Below are positions 25,301-38,918 of a DNA stretch of 64,000 nt, in pieces. Positions within the stretch are counted from its first letter, which is position 1, and each line of letters starts with the position of its first letter. The position numbers and the translations under genes were made by a program. This DNA is from Lingula anatina. Lineage: Eukaryota > Animalia > Brachiopoda. Below the pieces are notes generated by a model. The model worked only from the letters and a program-made list of their open reading frames with translations. It was not told the origin of the DNA and searched no databases. The stretch covers positions 7,936,001 through 8,000,000 of the forward strand of contig CM120643.1 in the NCBI GenBank assembly GCA_051362555.1. The letters are read 5' to 3'.

Positions 25301-28300
25301 AAGTTCTTGGTGACAAAATGTTTCACATCTTCATCAGCATGTTCCACTGCTTTCCTAAGGCCATAGGTAGCTACGGCAGGTGCAAAGTGTTCCCAAATAC
25401 ATGGACTCTCATTCGGTATTCAATGATCTCTTTCTTTGGGTCATTATCTCTGTACCAGAAGAATCGTAGGAAGTCTCTGTGTTCTTCATTTACTAGAAAG
25501 GAGTAAAACATCTGTTGGATATCTGCTGTGACTGCGATTCTGTCTCTCCGAAATCTTAAAAGTACTCCCAATAAACTGTTGGTTTGGTTTGGTCCAGTGA
25601 GCAGATTCTCATTCAAAGAGTACCCTTCATACTTGATAGAAGAATCAAAAACTCCTCTCACTTTATCAGGTTTTCTGGGATGGTATATGGCAAAAAGAGG
25701 AAGGTACCAGACTTCCTTTCCAGGTGGAAGCTCGGGGGCTACTTCTGCAGCTTGAGAATCGAATATGTTCTCCATGAATTCCACCATGTGCTGAAGTTTA
25801 CGTTCGTCTTTCTTTAATGCTGCGTCAGATGATCTTGCCCTGCCTAAGACTTGTGACCTGTTATTCAGCATTCTCTGTCTTGGGTGTTTGAATGGGAGAG
25901 GAGCCATCCACTGATCCTTGTCTTTTCGCATAGATTCATTCATAATGTCAAGAAATTCCCTGTCCTCTGTGGACAAACTAATGCGGTCGTCTTGGGCTGT
26001 AATTTTGAAAACATCTGAACCAATCTGATTTTCTTCTTTCAAGAGTATTGCACTGGGACATGGTAGAAAGTTTGTAGGGCGCCCGTCGTTCATGATGTTG
26101 GTCTTGAAGGCGGATATCCTCTTTGGCTGATGTACTTTTCCAAGGCAGACTTCACCAATGATTACCCATCCGAGTGGTAGTTTCTGGCCAAATGGATGAT
26201 TCTTAGAACCCAGGAGTTGATCTTGAACATGATGTGCTTCAATTAGATCTCTGCCTATGAGCAGAACGATTTCAGCTTTGGGGTTCAAGGGTGGAATCTT
26301 CTCTGATAAAGAACTCAGGTGATCATACTGCATAGCCACGTCCGGAGTAGGGATTTCAGAACGATTCTTAGGAATGTCACACTCAATTATTTCGGGAAGC
26401 ACAAAGGACTGAGTACCATCATAAGACTCAACAATGAGGTCCACAGCATGCCTTGCTGATATGTGAGTGGTCCCTGAGCATGAAGACAATGAATAACTAC
26501 GCAACCCTCCTGAGATCTGCAGCTGGTCAAAAAGAGCTGGGGTTCCTAAGGACTTGTTACTCTGATCATCATGGACAGCATAAACTGCAACAGCCTCTTC
26601 TGGTCGGCCTTTGGGAAATACCCTCACTAAAACATTTTTAGCACATGACCGTCCAACGAATCCTTCTTCACACAATGCAGTACATTTAGTAATCACCTCC
26701 CCGCCATTCGCTCTTGGGGCAACACCTTCATCTGTGGAAACGTTGTTTCTTCTCTCAGCATTGTTTCTTCTTTCTGGAATACCACTCGGGGCACCTTTTA
26801 CTGGGCAATTGGTTTGGGAAGGAAATGTTTTCTCTCCACAAGATGACTGAATGTGGCCCTTGCGACAGCAACCAAAGCAATAGCCATATTTCCTCATAAT
26901 ACACTTCTGCTCATTCGGGCTTTTCTGACCAAACACTCTGCATTCCCTGAGTTCATGGTTTGTGCCATGCAGTGGGCACTCTTCTTTTTGAGCAACATCA
27001 GTCTTCCTGCTTGTTATCATGTTTCTTTCCTTTGGTCTGTCTTTAATAGAAGTATTGTGTGTAAAGTCATACTGAAAACAAGGATTGTTCTTTGTCTGGC
27101 TCAGCTTCTTAATGAATTTGACGAATTCAGGGAATGGAGGGTAATGGACTCTGTTGTTCTCTTTGTATTTCATGGCATGAGATGTCCACTTGTTCTGTTG
27201 GTCCTGAGTTAACTTGGCTACTATTGGGTTTATTCCTACCGCTGAGTCGAGATAGGACAGGGTCAATCCACACAATTCATCTTCTTTAAAGGCCTGAATC
27301 TCTGATAGGAGATCTAAAAGTTCATACAGTTTCAGTGTATCCTTTGACGTCAGTTTAGGAAACATGTCTATTTTCTTCCTCAGGACAGATTCTATTAGCT
27401 CTGGGCTACCGTATCTTTCCTCCAATCTTTCCCAAATCTCTTTGACTGCTTTCTGAGGTTGACTTGGATTTGCTGCTTTAATACTAATTGCATGCTTTCT
27501 GCTGGTGGGACCCAGCCATCTGATGAGTAAGTCTACCTCTTCTGATGCTGACAGTGCTAAATCTTTCTTCATACTAACAAAACTTTCTTTCCATGAAGCA
27601 TATGTCTCTGGGGTTTCTTGAAATGTAGTTAATCGAGTGAGGAGCAACTCCTTCTTCAGTAGATAATTCATTATCCCTGTCATTTCTCTGCCATTTTCAG
27701 TAGCTGGTGTGAATTCAGAGGCGTTCGGATTCAACTGTTCTGGTAAGACTCTTGGTAATTGTGGTACTTCAGTACTGGTGACTGCTGATGGAACGGGTTC
27801 TGGTCTACGCGCAATTTCTAAAAACTGAGGTGCCGTCACTGCTGACACACTTTGTTCTTGTCTTGTATCTGATTGTTGGGTGTGTATGGTTGCTGCTGAG
27901 TGTCTCTCTACGAAGGCTGCTGTGCGATTTACAGCACTTTCTATGGGTAGACCGGGGGATTCTGGTCGTCTTTTATGGGGAAACAACTGTATTTCTTCGT
28001 CTTCGAGTACCTGCGCTTCGGCCTCTGCTGCAGCATGAGATTTCCTTTCCATTAACAGCTCAAGCTCTGCTTCTAATTCAGCTTTTTGTCTGTTTCTTTC
28101 TGCAGCTCTGATCACGTTTTGTTCCTCCAAAATTGCCTGTCGTTTCTTCAGTTCTACTTCTTGCTCTGCAAACTTGAGCCGTGCACGTGCCGCTTCTGCT
28201 TTCGCTCTCTTTCTGATTGTGGATGAGGTGCCTGATGATGAAACAGATCTAGATCTAGCTGACGTAGCTAATTCTGCACCCAAGTCTGGAACTGTGCTTG

Positions 28301-28812
28301 ATGGCTCTTCGGCGCCTGTTGACATCTTGAAATGGAGCTAGAGGTGAATTGACTTCTAAATGGGCTGGACCTTTTTTACTGTCTTGTTTCCGGAAAACAA
28401 GAAGATAACCCTCTTTGTTGTTTGATACAGCTATCTTTATTTCCAACAAAGGAATGTGGTAAAAAACTGAAATAAAATAAAGAAAACCTTTGTCAAAATA
28501 CTGTTGATGATATTTCTATTACTTATTGTGGCACTTACAGGCCACCGTACCTTACAAAACTAGCGTGAAACGTGCAGCATTCTTGCAATGACAAGTTTTA
28601 ACGTGAATACATAAAAAAAGCAGTTTACAGATACTAAAAATGTTCTTTACATAACCACACTTATCAAAACTATATAAAATGTGGAAAAACTCACGGTGTG
28701 CTTGGCCAATCTTAAGAAAAAACTCTGTACAGTGCACGAGCGGCTGCTGATGAGCGAGCATGGAGCCTCGACATGAAAAACTAGGTCAAATACGGAGGCC
28801 CGTAACAACACA
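22348..28812 (-). mobile_element. BEL/Pao LTR retrotransposon, degenerate
   Basis: 5' LTR ~28380-28812 (TG...CA on the minus strand). The 3' LTR remnant at 22348-22550 is nearly identical (about 3 substitutions in ~200 bp). A purine tract aggcgaggag precedes the 3' LTR. Domain order is gag-PR-RT-RNaseH-IN. Confidence 0.95.
22709..28325 (-). pseudogene. BEL/Pao gag-pol polyprotein, disrupted by frameshifts (~25380, ~24975, ~24900) and a stop (24428)
   Basis: Gag Cys/His knuckles (CPLH...HELREC, CFGCCRKGHIQSSC), protease-like DDQSNKS, RT ADIQQMF and NFYVDD, RNase H FSDASERA...TIPRLELCAA, integrase GIDVFG...RSDRGTNF...GGAWE. Confidence 0.95.
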
Positions 28813-31800
28813 GTCCGATTTGAGTTGCCGTTTGACGTTTATTGGTAAAGTGGTCGCTCTGCTGACAGAAAATAGTGTACGAAACAGACATCGAGATAAC
28901 TTTCAATATTTTCAGTGCATATTAAAAACAATTCCACGATATTCAAATGTATACAGATCTTTTTTCTTGTCGCCAACATTTGCCATGGTGAAGCTACTAG
29001 AGTCATCCTGTATTGATATAACGTTAACGTTTGTAACATATAGTATCTACATTTAATATGAAGGACCCATACAACGTTTAATACAGTGCCCTTACAGCAG
29101 TTGCTGTCTCAACTTGTATAAACGGTAGTTAAACATGTAACCACAGCTTTGGCTCCTGAAGTGCATTATATCACATTCAATTTTGACTCAAATATTTCAA
29201 CTAAAGTCGTACGATTATCTTCTATGCTTCGATAGCCCAGTCTTGGAGTGCACAGCAATGGACTAAGGCTTACATATCATGTATGGTAGTACAAATACAG
29301 CTTGTTCTTAAAGAAATCTAAGACCCAAACAAGTATAGTGTGTCTTAAAAGGAATACAAGAAAAATTGCCTTCTTTTAAATTATATAGATCAGGGTGAAT
29401 ATAGTCTCATTTGTAATCTCAAAATTATATTATTTCCCAATAAAAATCAACATTTTTGATTAAATGGCCACCCAGGTTCTTACGTGTCGAATATGGCTTA
29501 CAAAATTCTTTCTAGGAGTTTATAGCTATATGATGTTTTTTCTCCTTGAATCCCCCCCTCCCCCAATGCACTGTTATACTTAAAGAAGTCACCATCTATG
29601 TTCCTTCACCGTAAGCGGCATTTTAGTTTTGTAATTAGGCTATGAAGTGTCCCTGATGATAAATATTTATTATTGCCCTCATGGAAGAAAATAAACAAAC
29701 ATGTAGGTACAGATATTTATCTTTTTCAGTACCAATTTTACTAAGTCTTATCACTTTCGTTTAATTTGAGAATTATATGGAATAAGCAAGGATCGATAAA
29801 TTTTGTGAATTGCCTGTACACATTTTTCGTGTCATTTGCACTTTCTCACCTTTTTAAATTCCAACTAAGGATATCATTTCAGCTGTTTTCTTTCACTTGT
29901 GTATAAACGCAAATGCACATTTCCCCATTTTTTTCCCCAACCCGATTCCTGCAATAATAAACTGCTCAAGATGGGTCCAAGTAAGCACCCAGTGAACAAC
30001 TTGTTTAGTTTGTCCTCAGTCCAAGCAATTACACCTTGAAATCCAATTACACTTAAATATTTCATTTTTATTTTTTTCTTATTCATTTTTAAACTTTTTA
30101 ATCATTTTCACTTTTGCTCTTACAAAACAATTTGCACTTAGCAGCATGCAGTACATATATGACATAATAGTTTTAAATAAATGTAATTTCTTACAGATGT
30201 AGTTGAACTCCTGGTGACTTGTAATCCTATCTGCATTCTAGGCTAATTCCCAATCTATGGGGATTAAAGGTACTGTGGTTTACCCCCAGTAAAACCAAGT
30301 TTAAGAAAGCGACACATGAACAATGACAAGAGAAATTGGCCCTATCTCCTTATGTCTACTGAGCTATCCATCACATACAGTGTGATGTTTAAACTGAATC
30401 CCTTTCAGCAACAAGTTCCCCAAAAAGGCTCACCATTCAATACTCTATCTTCATACATCATTGCATGATTCAGGTAGGTACATTGATCAGAGGCAGCATT
30501 GCCATTAAGTGCCAATATATGAAAACAAATACAAGACCACAGCCCAGTAAGTCAACTTCCTGGGACCAGAAGAGCTCAATGTCATGGTAAAGGGCCAATG
30601 ATGGTACATATTTCTTCAAGACCCTTTTAAATCCTGGGATAATCCTTGTATGAACATTTCACTTAATATGGCATACAGAACCGACGTAAAATGTACAATA
30701 TCCAACTAACACCAAAGTAATCATCCTGACAGATTACGCTAACAACACTTCTTGATGCACTTAATTGGAGGATTTTTTTGTGTGAAATTTCCAGAACACA
30801 GAACATCAAAAGTCCACTTCCCATTAATGAGATTGTAGAAACATCAAAGAATGAGACCTTCATAAGTAGGTCCATCATTCTCTGGTGACTCCTGTCTCAG
30901 TCTTAAATGCTCAATGGTGTTCTGGAAATGCTTATTAATCTGCTCAGTCTCTTCATTGGATTCTAAGTTTGGCAAGTCTTCACGGATCTTTCCGATTAGT
31001 TGATTTAGCACCTGGACTGTCATCTGAGGAAAGAAAAGAAAAGAAGTCCAATTACTTATCACGAACATATATTTTTGAACAAATTGTTCCAGGGCTTGGT
31101 AAGTGAATCTTTTAATTAGGCATACAATTACTATATAGTTGGCTTCATCAAAACGCAAATCTAATATGGTTGGATATATTATTCTTAAATATAATATAAA
31201 GGTATGTGAGTGTAAGTATGTGAGTGTTTATGCTTCTACGTGTATGTGATCATGTATGCATGCGAAACTGCAGTAAAAATAAGGAATATTCAAATTTACT
31301 TTTAAATGCTTCTTTTTATAGTCGGACCCAGTAAAAATATTAAATTGATCAAAACTTTTAACGCTAACACCTGAATAAAGGGATATTTAAATTAAAATTA
31401 ATATCCATTCCATTTCCATGCATACAGTATGTATCATGGTGCATTTCGTCGGCAAATTTTTCATATAATCAATGAAAAAATCCAAATTAATAATAATAAA
31501 ACTAAAATATATCTTCTTACGTGGCAGATTGAAAAAAAAAAGTGGCCCAGCTTTAAGATTCTAGCCACTGCAACGATTATTTCACCTGGTCATTTCCTTT
31601 TTCATACATATATATGTAATGGTTGAGGATCTCCACAAAGAGCTGCACTTGTACAGAGCTGTCCATGCACTGGTTGGCTATCCTCAGGCTTTTCTTCAGA
31701 CACTCCATCACACGTTTACCATCCTGGACCTGGAAGTACATATCATCAATAAAACTTAATAATGCACTGACAATTGTCCAAATAATTATCTTTAATAATA

Positions 31801-32419
31801 AATATCCTGATGATGATTTTTCTCAGGAAAGGAAAAAAGATGCCATCAGCATCATAAAGTTAATCTGTTTGTGTCGCCTGTTGTCGCCAAATGATCTCCA
31901 GTCATGTGGAAAGTCGTACAGCGCAAAGTCCACTCTCTGACCACCTTTGAGTAACTCACCAGTTATATACACTGCTCCACCAAAAATGAGGAACATGTTT
32001 CATAATTGCTTTTTTTTTTGGTCAGTATATTAATTAATTCAATGGTTTAAACAAAATCGTCAAAATTTTCTGTTTCTTATTATTATTATTATAAATGTTG
32101 GGTTAATACATATTTAACTTTCATGAACAATGAATTTGAAAAAAATACAAATTGGAAGTCTTAGCTACTCCTTTTATTGGAAGTCTTATAAAAAAGTATC
32201 ACCAAACACTATCAGCTAGCTGTTCCAGACTTTTGCTGTTCTCATAAAAGAAAGAAGTCACCATTTTCATAGCAGCCTTCCAATTAAGAAAGCTGAACAG
32301 AGTCACAACATACAAATAGCAGGTGCTAAACTAGATACTCGCTTGGTGTCTTATAATCCCGAAGGACTGGGTATTTTTTACACATGTCACTATAATTAAT
32401 GAATATATTAATTAATGTG

Positions 32420-32592
32420 GTATACAGGAATGGAAGTCCTAGAAATGGAAGTCCAGGCTCCCATATGATTAGTACAGGTTAGGGTTCGTTGGAGTATTGG
32501 GGTCAGTATATGGGAGGAATGTCACCCGTACAAAGTAGTGGGAAGTGCACTACAGTTCCTAGAGGAATACCATTCTTGTTACAGTGGCATTA
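32420..32592. mobile_element. Degenerate MITE with internal GGTTAGGG (also at ~55672-55840)
   Basis: Imperfect inverted ends tacaggaatgg...cctag / ctagagg...ccattc(t/c)tgttaca. Confidence 0.4.
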
Positions 32593-33554
32593 ATAATAAA
32601 TTTCTATTGTGATAATCATCACTATTGGCCAGCCCTTACCTCTTCCCCTTCGGACTCTCGCGTTTTTCCTGACCAGAACAGATGTGAGCACGTAGCCACA
32701 CCACGACACTGGTCTGGTTTCTTCAGAAGTTTGGAGGCTGCCAGAGCACATTGTGTTCTGAGAGGTTCATGGTTCTCTTCTCCAAAACACTTCATTTTCT
32801 CAAATGTGGCAATGATTAAAGTGATGGCAGAGAGCTGCGCCTTACTGTCACTGATTTCATCCTCGTACAGCGAAAATGCCTGGAAGAAACAGATGTTTTT
32901 TAGATACTAGAGATATTGCAATGTGAAAGTATTTTCTGTTTTGATTTAAATAAGAAAAAATTTGAAGATTCTTAATCTACAGCTAACCAAGCAAATACTT
33001 TCATTACTTGTATCAAGACATTTAAATGTTACTCTTAATTTTCACAAACTTATAAAAATCCTACTAAAATTTTTTAACTTATAAAGAATAACTGAAAATC
33101 AAATTATAAAATTAATATAAAATATAACCTTTCTTCGAATCCAAGATCTTATTACATTGAATATTTACCAGTGATCAAACATAACATTGATCAAACAGAG
33201 TAAAGGAAACATTTCATTCATAAGACAACTGTGCTCCATGGACATCACTATTTCTGAGGTCTACAAGACAACATACTGATCTAACCCGACGCTAATACCT
33301 GTATAAATATTCACCTGTGACAAGAATTCATATGCTACAGACTCATGGTTTTCAAATCCTATCTCTCCAGCAGCCAGTCCTCCCTGAAGAAAGAGTCTAA
33401 GCGGGACCTCGGCCATCTCTGCCTTTATCAGGGCTCCTATCGTCTGGTGACAAAACTGGAAAATCTTCTGACATTTTTTCTCCCACTTATCATCCTAGAA
33501 ATGGATGAAATATGGATTGAAAATGGGAACCTGCTTCAAATGGAGATATCAAAA

Positions 33555-33593
<39 letters not shown>

Positions 33594-33595
<2 letters not shown>

Positions 33596-33837
33596 GCCTA
33601 CCCAACTACCAGACATGAATGATCCTGAATTCACCAGTAAATTGGACCACACTACCCGTTTTCAAGGTGTGTATCAGTATGCGCTTCAAAGTATCAGACA
33701 TGACACCACTCTTGCCTAGTATGCGAAGTGATAGCGATGATTCTGAGCAGGGCTGGAAAGTAGTGCATCTCATCTCAAAATTTGTTCCAGGGTATAATAT
33801 TGTGAAATGCGACCGAGTCTGGTAGTTGGGTAGGGCA
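33594..33837. mobile_element. MITE with ~19-bp TIRs inserted in a (CT)n microsatellite (also at 56842-57164)
   Basis: cctacccaactaccagac ... gtctggtagttgggtagg, flanked on both sides by (ct)n. Confidence 0.75.
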
Positions 33838-34469
33838 GTCTCTCTCTCTCTCTCTCACACACACTCAATCAGTAGCAATAAATGCAAATAAATATGCCCC
33901 CCTCTCTCTCTCTCTCTGATGAATACAAAGGATTTCTGTATGTTTAGCACCTTATTGATAGATCATATCTGTTAATGACACACAAAACATTCACCTCCTC
34001 TTCTAGTTCTTTGTACTTGAAAGCCAATTTGTAGGCTGCAAACACCAATGGAGGCAGGGTGTACTTAATCCTCATGTTCCCACCATTCCCAAAGTGTTTC
34101 CTGGCCGCATTCAAGATCTGAAATCAAACCAAATTACTTTAATATGGGACATTTTTGAAAAACGTATGTGTGGTCTGCTGTTTTTTTTTCACACTGAACC
34201 AATCAATCATTCAATATCACAGACCTTAGCTAATAAAAAGATGAAATTAAGACATATAACAGCATTTCCACAACATACCTTTTTTTCACATCATAAAATG
34301 TTTATTTCCTTATGTTTAATGTACTTGTTATAACTGAAATATACATTTTATCTATACATTGCACTGAATGAGACTTATTTTGCAATTTTAAAGCCTCTTC
34401 TCACTAGGCTTGTCACAATTTATACCATTACAGCAATAGATAATACATATGTGCCCACAATCAATACCA

Positions 34470-34652
34470 TAGACCCCATTCAGAAAAGGTGATTATAACT
34501 ACTCCAAGATTAAAATATGGCAACCCAGTGTACAAAGCTTGACATCTAATCCACTAATAGACACTGAATAGATATCCCATGGGGAAGTATTCAAGTGAGT
34601 CGGCCATATTTGACCTTCGGACTAGTAAATCCCCTTTTCTGAATGGTCCATA
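34470..34652. mobile_element. MITE present only in VPS35 copy 1
   Basis: ccattcagaaaagg ... ccttttctgaatgg inverted ends; absent from the homologous intron of copy 2. Confidence 0.6.
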
Positions 34653-37600
34653 AACACTATCAAATTTAAATATTTTTCTTATGGATACTGGCATACCAAG
34701 TATTGTTGGTCAGCATCTTCCGCCTGCATTAGGTTAATTAACCTTCCCATCAGGCCTTGTTCCTCTGCGAAATCTTCGGGGTCAATATCATCTTGGGGCT
34801 GTCCTTCTTGGTCACAAACCAGTGGCGCCACCAAGTTCAACATTGCATCAACCTGATTTTATTTTTCACAGCTTGATCAGACAAGATATGGATAAGTTTA
34901 AATGAAAATTAAATGCTACAAAAATTTAACAACTTCCGTAATTAAAAAGTGTTTTATAGAATTTTTAATAAGAAGAACAGTAAAAAAGAGTTAAAATTCA
35001 CACTGGCCGTGAGTACAGAATATTAAATTTGGTGACTATATACTAATAGTGCAGCCTTTTTGATTTGCCCAATATGCCTTATCTATTACTCATTCATAAT
35101 TTGAGATGTTATATGACTTTGACACTTGAGAAACAAATATATATTACCAGAAAATACAAAAAAATTTCAATTTAAAAATACTAAAAAATAAATAATACTT
35201 AAAAATGCATGAAATATCTCAAAATATTTCAAATGAAACAAGAAATATTCCAAAATATCAAAAGACAAACCTGTTCCTGTGATGGTATCTTTATATCATT
35301 ATCTAATGCATTCACTATAATGTACGAGCTCATGCTCTTCTTGGCGGCAAAGTCAAAGTACTCAAAGAGTGCACCGAAGTGCTCCAGCTGCAGAACGGTC
35401 AGTATGTTATTATAGCTGTCCACTGGGATCTTCATAAGGCGCATCAACTCCTTGGAAACTGCACTGGAATTCTCAATGCTGTCAAAAGCAAGAGAGAAAA
35501 CATGTTATATCATATAACTACCTCCTCCCCCCCTTAACACACCTGAATAGAATATTGTCATATCACTAAATACACACAAACACTGCTTCCCCCTCCACTG
35601 ATCCCCCCTTCAATTACTGAAAAAAAAATTCACACCAATGGTCCCCTGTTGAATTTTGACTAGCTGAATCTTAATTCTAAACCGTACCAAATGGCAATGT
35701 TCCCCCTCTAAAATACCAAAATTTTTCAGGCCCTTAGGCAGGCCTGGAACCCCAAACCAACCACCCCTGCAAACTACTCACTGGTTCAGGTTGAGCCTGT
35801 TAAAGATCTCCTCGGTGGTCTCCAGGACCTTGTCCACGTAATCCACCCTGTCTGGGTAACACTTCAGGGCCAGGTTGATCAGCGCCACCTGTAGGGAAAC
35901 GATGTCCTCAGGAGGCATATCAGGACAATTCTGAAATATTAAGAAATCTTTCGAAAATTTTGTCTATAGAACATACACAGCAACAGCAATAGATTTTTCA
36001 AAGGATTGGGGATAAATTTCAGCAGTGAACAGGGATGTGAAGTACAAACAAGCTTGGTCGTCTTTATATAGACTATAAAATATCAGCTATATAAAATATA
36101 TTTTCTGAAGGATAGTCAACATAATGCATAATTATCGAAAAATAAACAGGCACTGATAACTGTCATAGTTGGTGTCACTGTTTTCTTTACCTGAATGACT
36201 TCAGAAATCTGCTGTGAAAATATATCGAAAAGTTGGATGTCTCGTGGTATACCAACACCTTCCTCTTTGTTGGCAAATTGGGCAAGTCTGTTGAAACAAA
36301 GAAAAACACATGATTTCAAATTTTGACAAGAAACTGTTCTTGCAAAGACTTTTACACTTCCAGGTTCAGGTAGAGATGCTTCATAAGACGATTATTTTAA
36401 ATGATACTAAACTTTTAGTCGTATCTCTATTTGTCATATCTGGGTGAAAAATCCCGTATAATACACTCCATCAAGTATTCCTGTGCTATGGGATCTCTAC
36501 AGCTAACTGTCTGCTCCAACACACCAGTCAGGATATGCTGGAAATAAATGGAATATATACACTAAACGTAACAAGTATTGAACCAAAATATACTATACAG
36601 GCCTTATAAACTGATTAGACATTTACTAACACTACCCACGGAACTTTTAGCACTTTTTAAGCAGCAAAATCTATAAAAAGTGAAATGAAACAAAACAGTC
36701 ACAAACCCTTTTATACATCTCCATGTCAACGCACTCTAACTGGCTGAGGCAAACCAGGTTGGTACCAACAAGGATTCACAGCTCACGTCTCTCCTGCTCG
36801 CGCTTGTCTTTGTCGCATGTATGTCCCTGGTGCTGCATGCGCACCCACAATTTGTTCATTTCAGCAAAGTTCAGGTGGATGAAATCGTTGCATTGACTCA
36901 ATCTGTTGTTTATAAGTTATTAATTATGGCATCCTTTCGGAAAGCTACTGCCGCAGAGCATTTATTAAAACAGACCTCACAAAGTTTCAAACCATCTATC
37001 AGTAAGACGTCCTGAATTTTCACTCCTAAAAATCACAAAAATTTTACAGTGTTTTACGTAACGCAGAGCACACAATAAATAATATATCATTATATGTGGT
37101 CAGGCATAACTAATCCCCAGTTGTTCATTTTTATATTATATAATATTATTATACATAACAACTTTTTTTATTTTGGGGGGGGGGGGATAAAAATTTAATG
37201 CATGTCTTTTTTAAAAGGGTAGGGTAGGACACTTCTTAAAAGTCAAAGTCGAGTTTGGACTTACAAACACATGATATATGTATTTCAAACTGGCTGAAGC
37301 CATAAATAAGTCACATACATTTTATTGATTTGGTTCTGATTTTTCTTTCGAGAATTTTATAATTGTTTTTCATGTACTAGTAAACATGCACACACTGCAG
37401 ATTTACATTGACTTTTAGCAACTGTCTAGTGTCATTGCCAATTGTACTGTATAAGTCAATATCAAGAAAATTACCTAAGAAATCCTCAACTACATCCTGA
37501 TAATGTTCATCTATAGTCTTCTTTTGGGTGAAAGACTGCAACCTCCTGGTTGATGAGGCACAGAGTAAACAGGAACTCAACGGGATGAGTTTTTGTGGAG

Positions 37601-38860
37601 TGTCTGATTCCATCATGTGCGCTTCACGTTTGATTATCACATGAGCAAAAACTAATATAGTATAGCACTGACCATGTCCAAGATAAACATGACAGGAGTT
37701 TCCAAAATGAAAGCCACATCATCCTGAAAAAGATTTTTTTAACAATTACACTTTTATTTAGGGAAAATAGACAAAATATTATTATATTATTATTTGCTTT
37801 TTGGTGTCTACATATTTGGGGAAAAAAGGCATAATAGGTTGGGAATGTTATCATGATGATATTTTATGCATGCTTTGGATTAAGTTAGGGTACATGTACG
37901 TTCGGCAATGGACAGAAATCAAGAGTGTATGGTTTTTATCAACTTAACTAATATCCAAAGGATCGAGGCTGGGAAGACCTGGGATTTCATGTTATTTTTT
38001 ATCTTATTCTAGTTTAAAACTGGAGGATATTTCGGAATATATAAAATCTGGAAATTCGGCGGCTGTTTGGGCGTGGTGGCCGAATAGAATAAAAAGGGGA
38101 GCGGGTTGATACCTCAACATACATTTCTGAGCATCAGAGGTTACAACACGCGTACGTATCAATGATCTTTTAGCAGACGTTACTATCATCTTTGTATACT
38201 GTATAGAAAGTCACCGCTAGAATAAAACAATTTCAAAGTTGAGTTTGCGTTACTCATTAAACAACCATATCACCGAGAAGAAGAAAAACACGGTGATAGA
38301 TAATATTGAATAACTTTTCCCTTACTGACAGTTTACTGGAATTAAATGGTACATTAATTCTATGAAAAATACCGGTAACGCTGACAATTGAGAGACATAC
38401 TAGTCTGACTGGTAGATATATGACCTAAATTTAACGTATTTAGCATTAGCAATGATGATAAAAGTGTTGTTTTTTCTTTTACTTCTTGTATTTATAACTT
38501 TTGAAAAAAAAAGACTTAAAATATTGTATACCCATTTATATCAACGCTACCAAAATTCACCATTTTGCTTATAATTTTAAAATTTTTCCCAACCCCCACC
38601 CACAAAAACGAGGGGGGGGGGGGCGGATGCAAAGCCGACCCCCCGTTGGCGTTGGAAAATTTTGGGTGATTTCTGAGGGCAACCGTGTCCATTTTTCCAA
38701 ATCTTTTATTTCAAGAGGGGAACATTGGTGTGATTTTTTTTCAGAAATCGAAGGGGGAGGGGGTCAGGACCCCTGATCCCCCCTTCTAAAGCTGCCACTG
38801 GATTATCACACCTGTCAGCATTGATAACTGCCACAAAGGGAACACCCTACGCCTCCCACC

Positions 38861-38864
<4 letters not shown>

Positions 38865-38917
<53 letters not shown>

Positions 38918-38918
38918 A
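38865..38918. repeat. (CT)n(CA)n compound microsatellite
   Basis: Direct reading. Confidence 0.95.

Larger units (their letters stand above)
29255..36428. repeat. Segmental duplication, copy 1 (pairs with ~52507-59813)
   Basis: Colinear homology from cagcaatggact to gtcgtatctct, including introns and 3' flank. Confidence 0.95.
30844..36887 (-). pseudogene. VPS35: VPS35 partial copy 1 (exons ~36707-36887, ~36454-36537, 36191-36287, 35782-35930, 35271-35478, 34697-34852, 33995-34117, 33315-33494, 32640-32879, 31586-31729, 30844-31023)
   Basis: [56 protein letters not shown] and the YEGLIL* terminus. It has an in-frame TGA at 36776-36778, lacks the VFPDEF-type exon and an adjacent GT donor, and is 5'-truncated. 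Confidence 0.9.

Noticed and set aside
23288-28111. Plus-strand ORFs inside the retrotransposon
   Set aside because: They are antisense shadows of gag-pol.
28813-28820. TSD of the BEL element
   Set aside because: Cannot be verified because the outer end of the 3' LTR is missing.
32584-33825. Plus-strand ORFs duplicated at 55836-57152
   Set aside because: They are antisense to VPS35 exons or within a MITE; their conservation reflects the duplication only.
37377-37730. Possible coding exon remnants (DDVAFILET; DEHYQDVVEDFLGNFLD)
   Set aside because: Stops are present and I could not assign a family.
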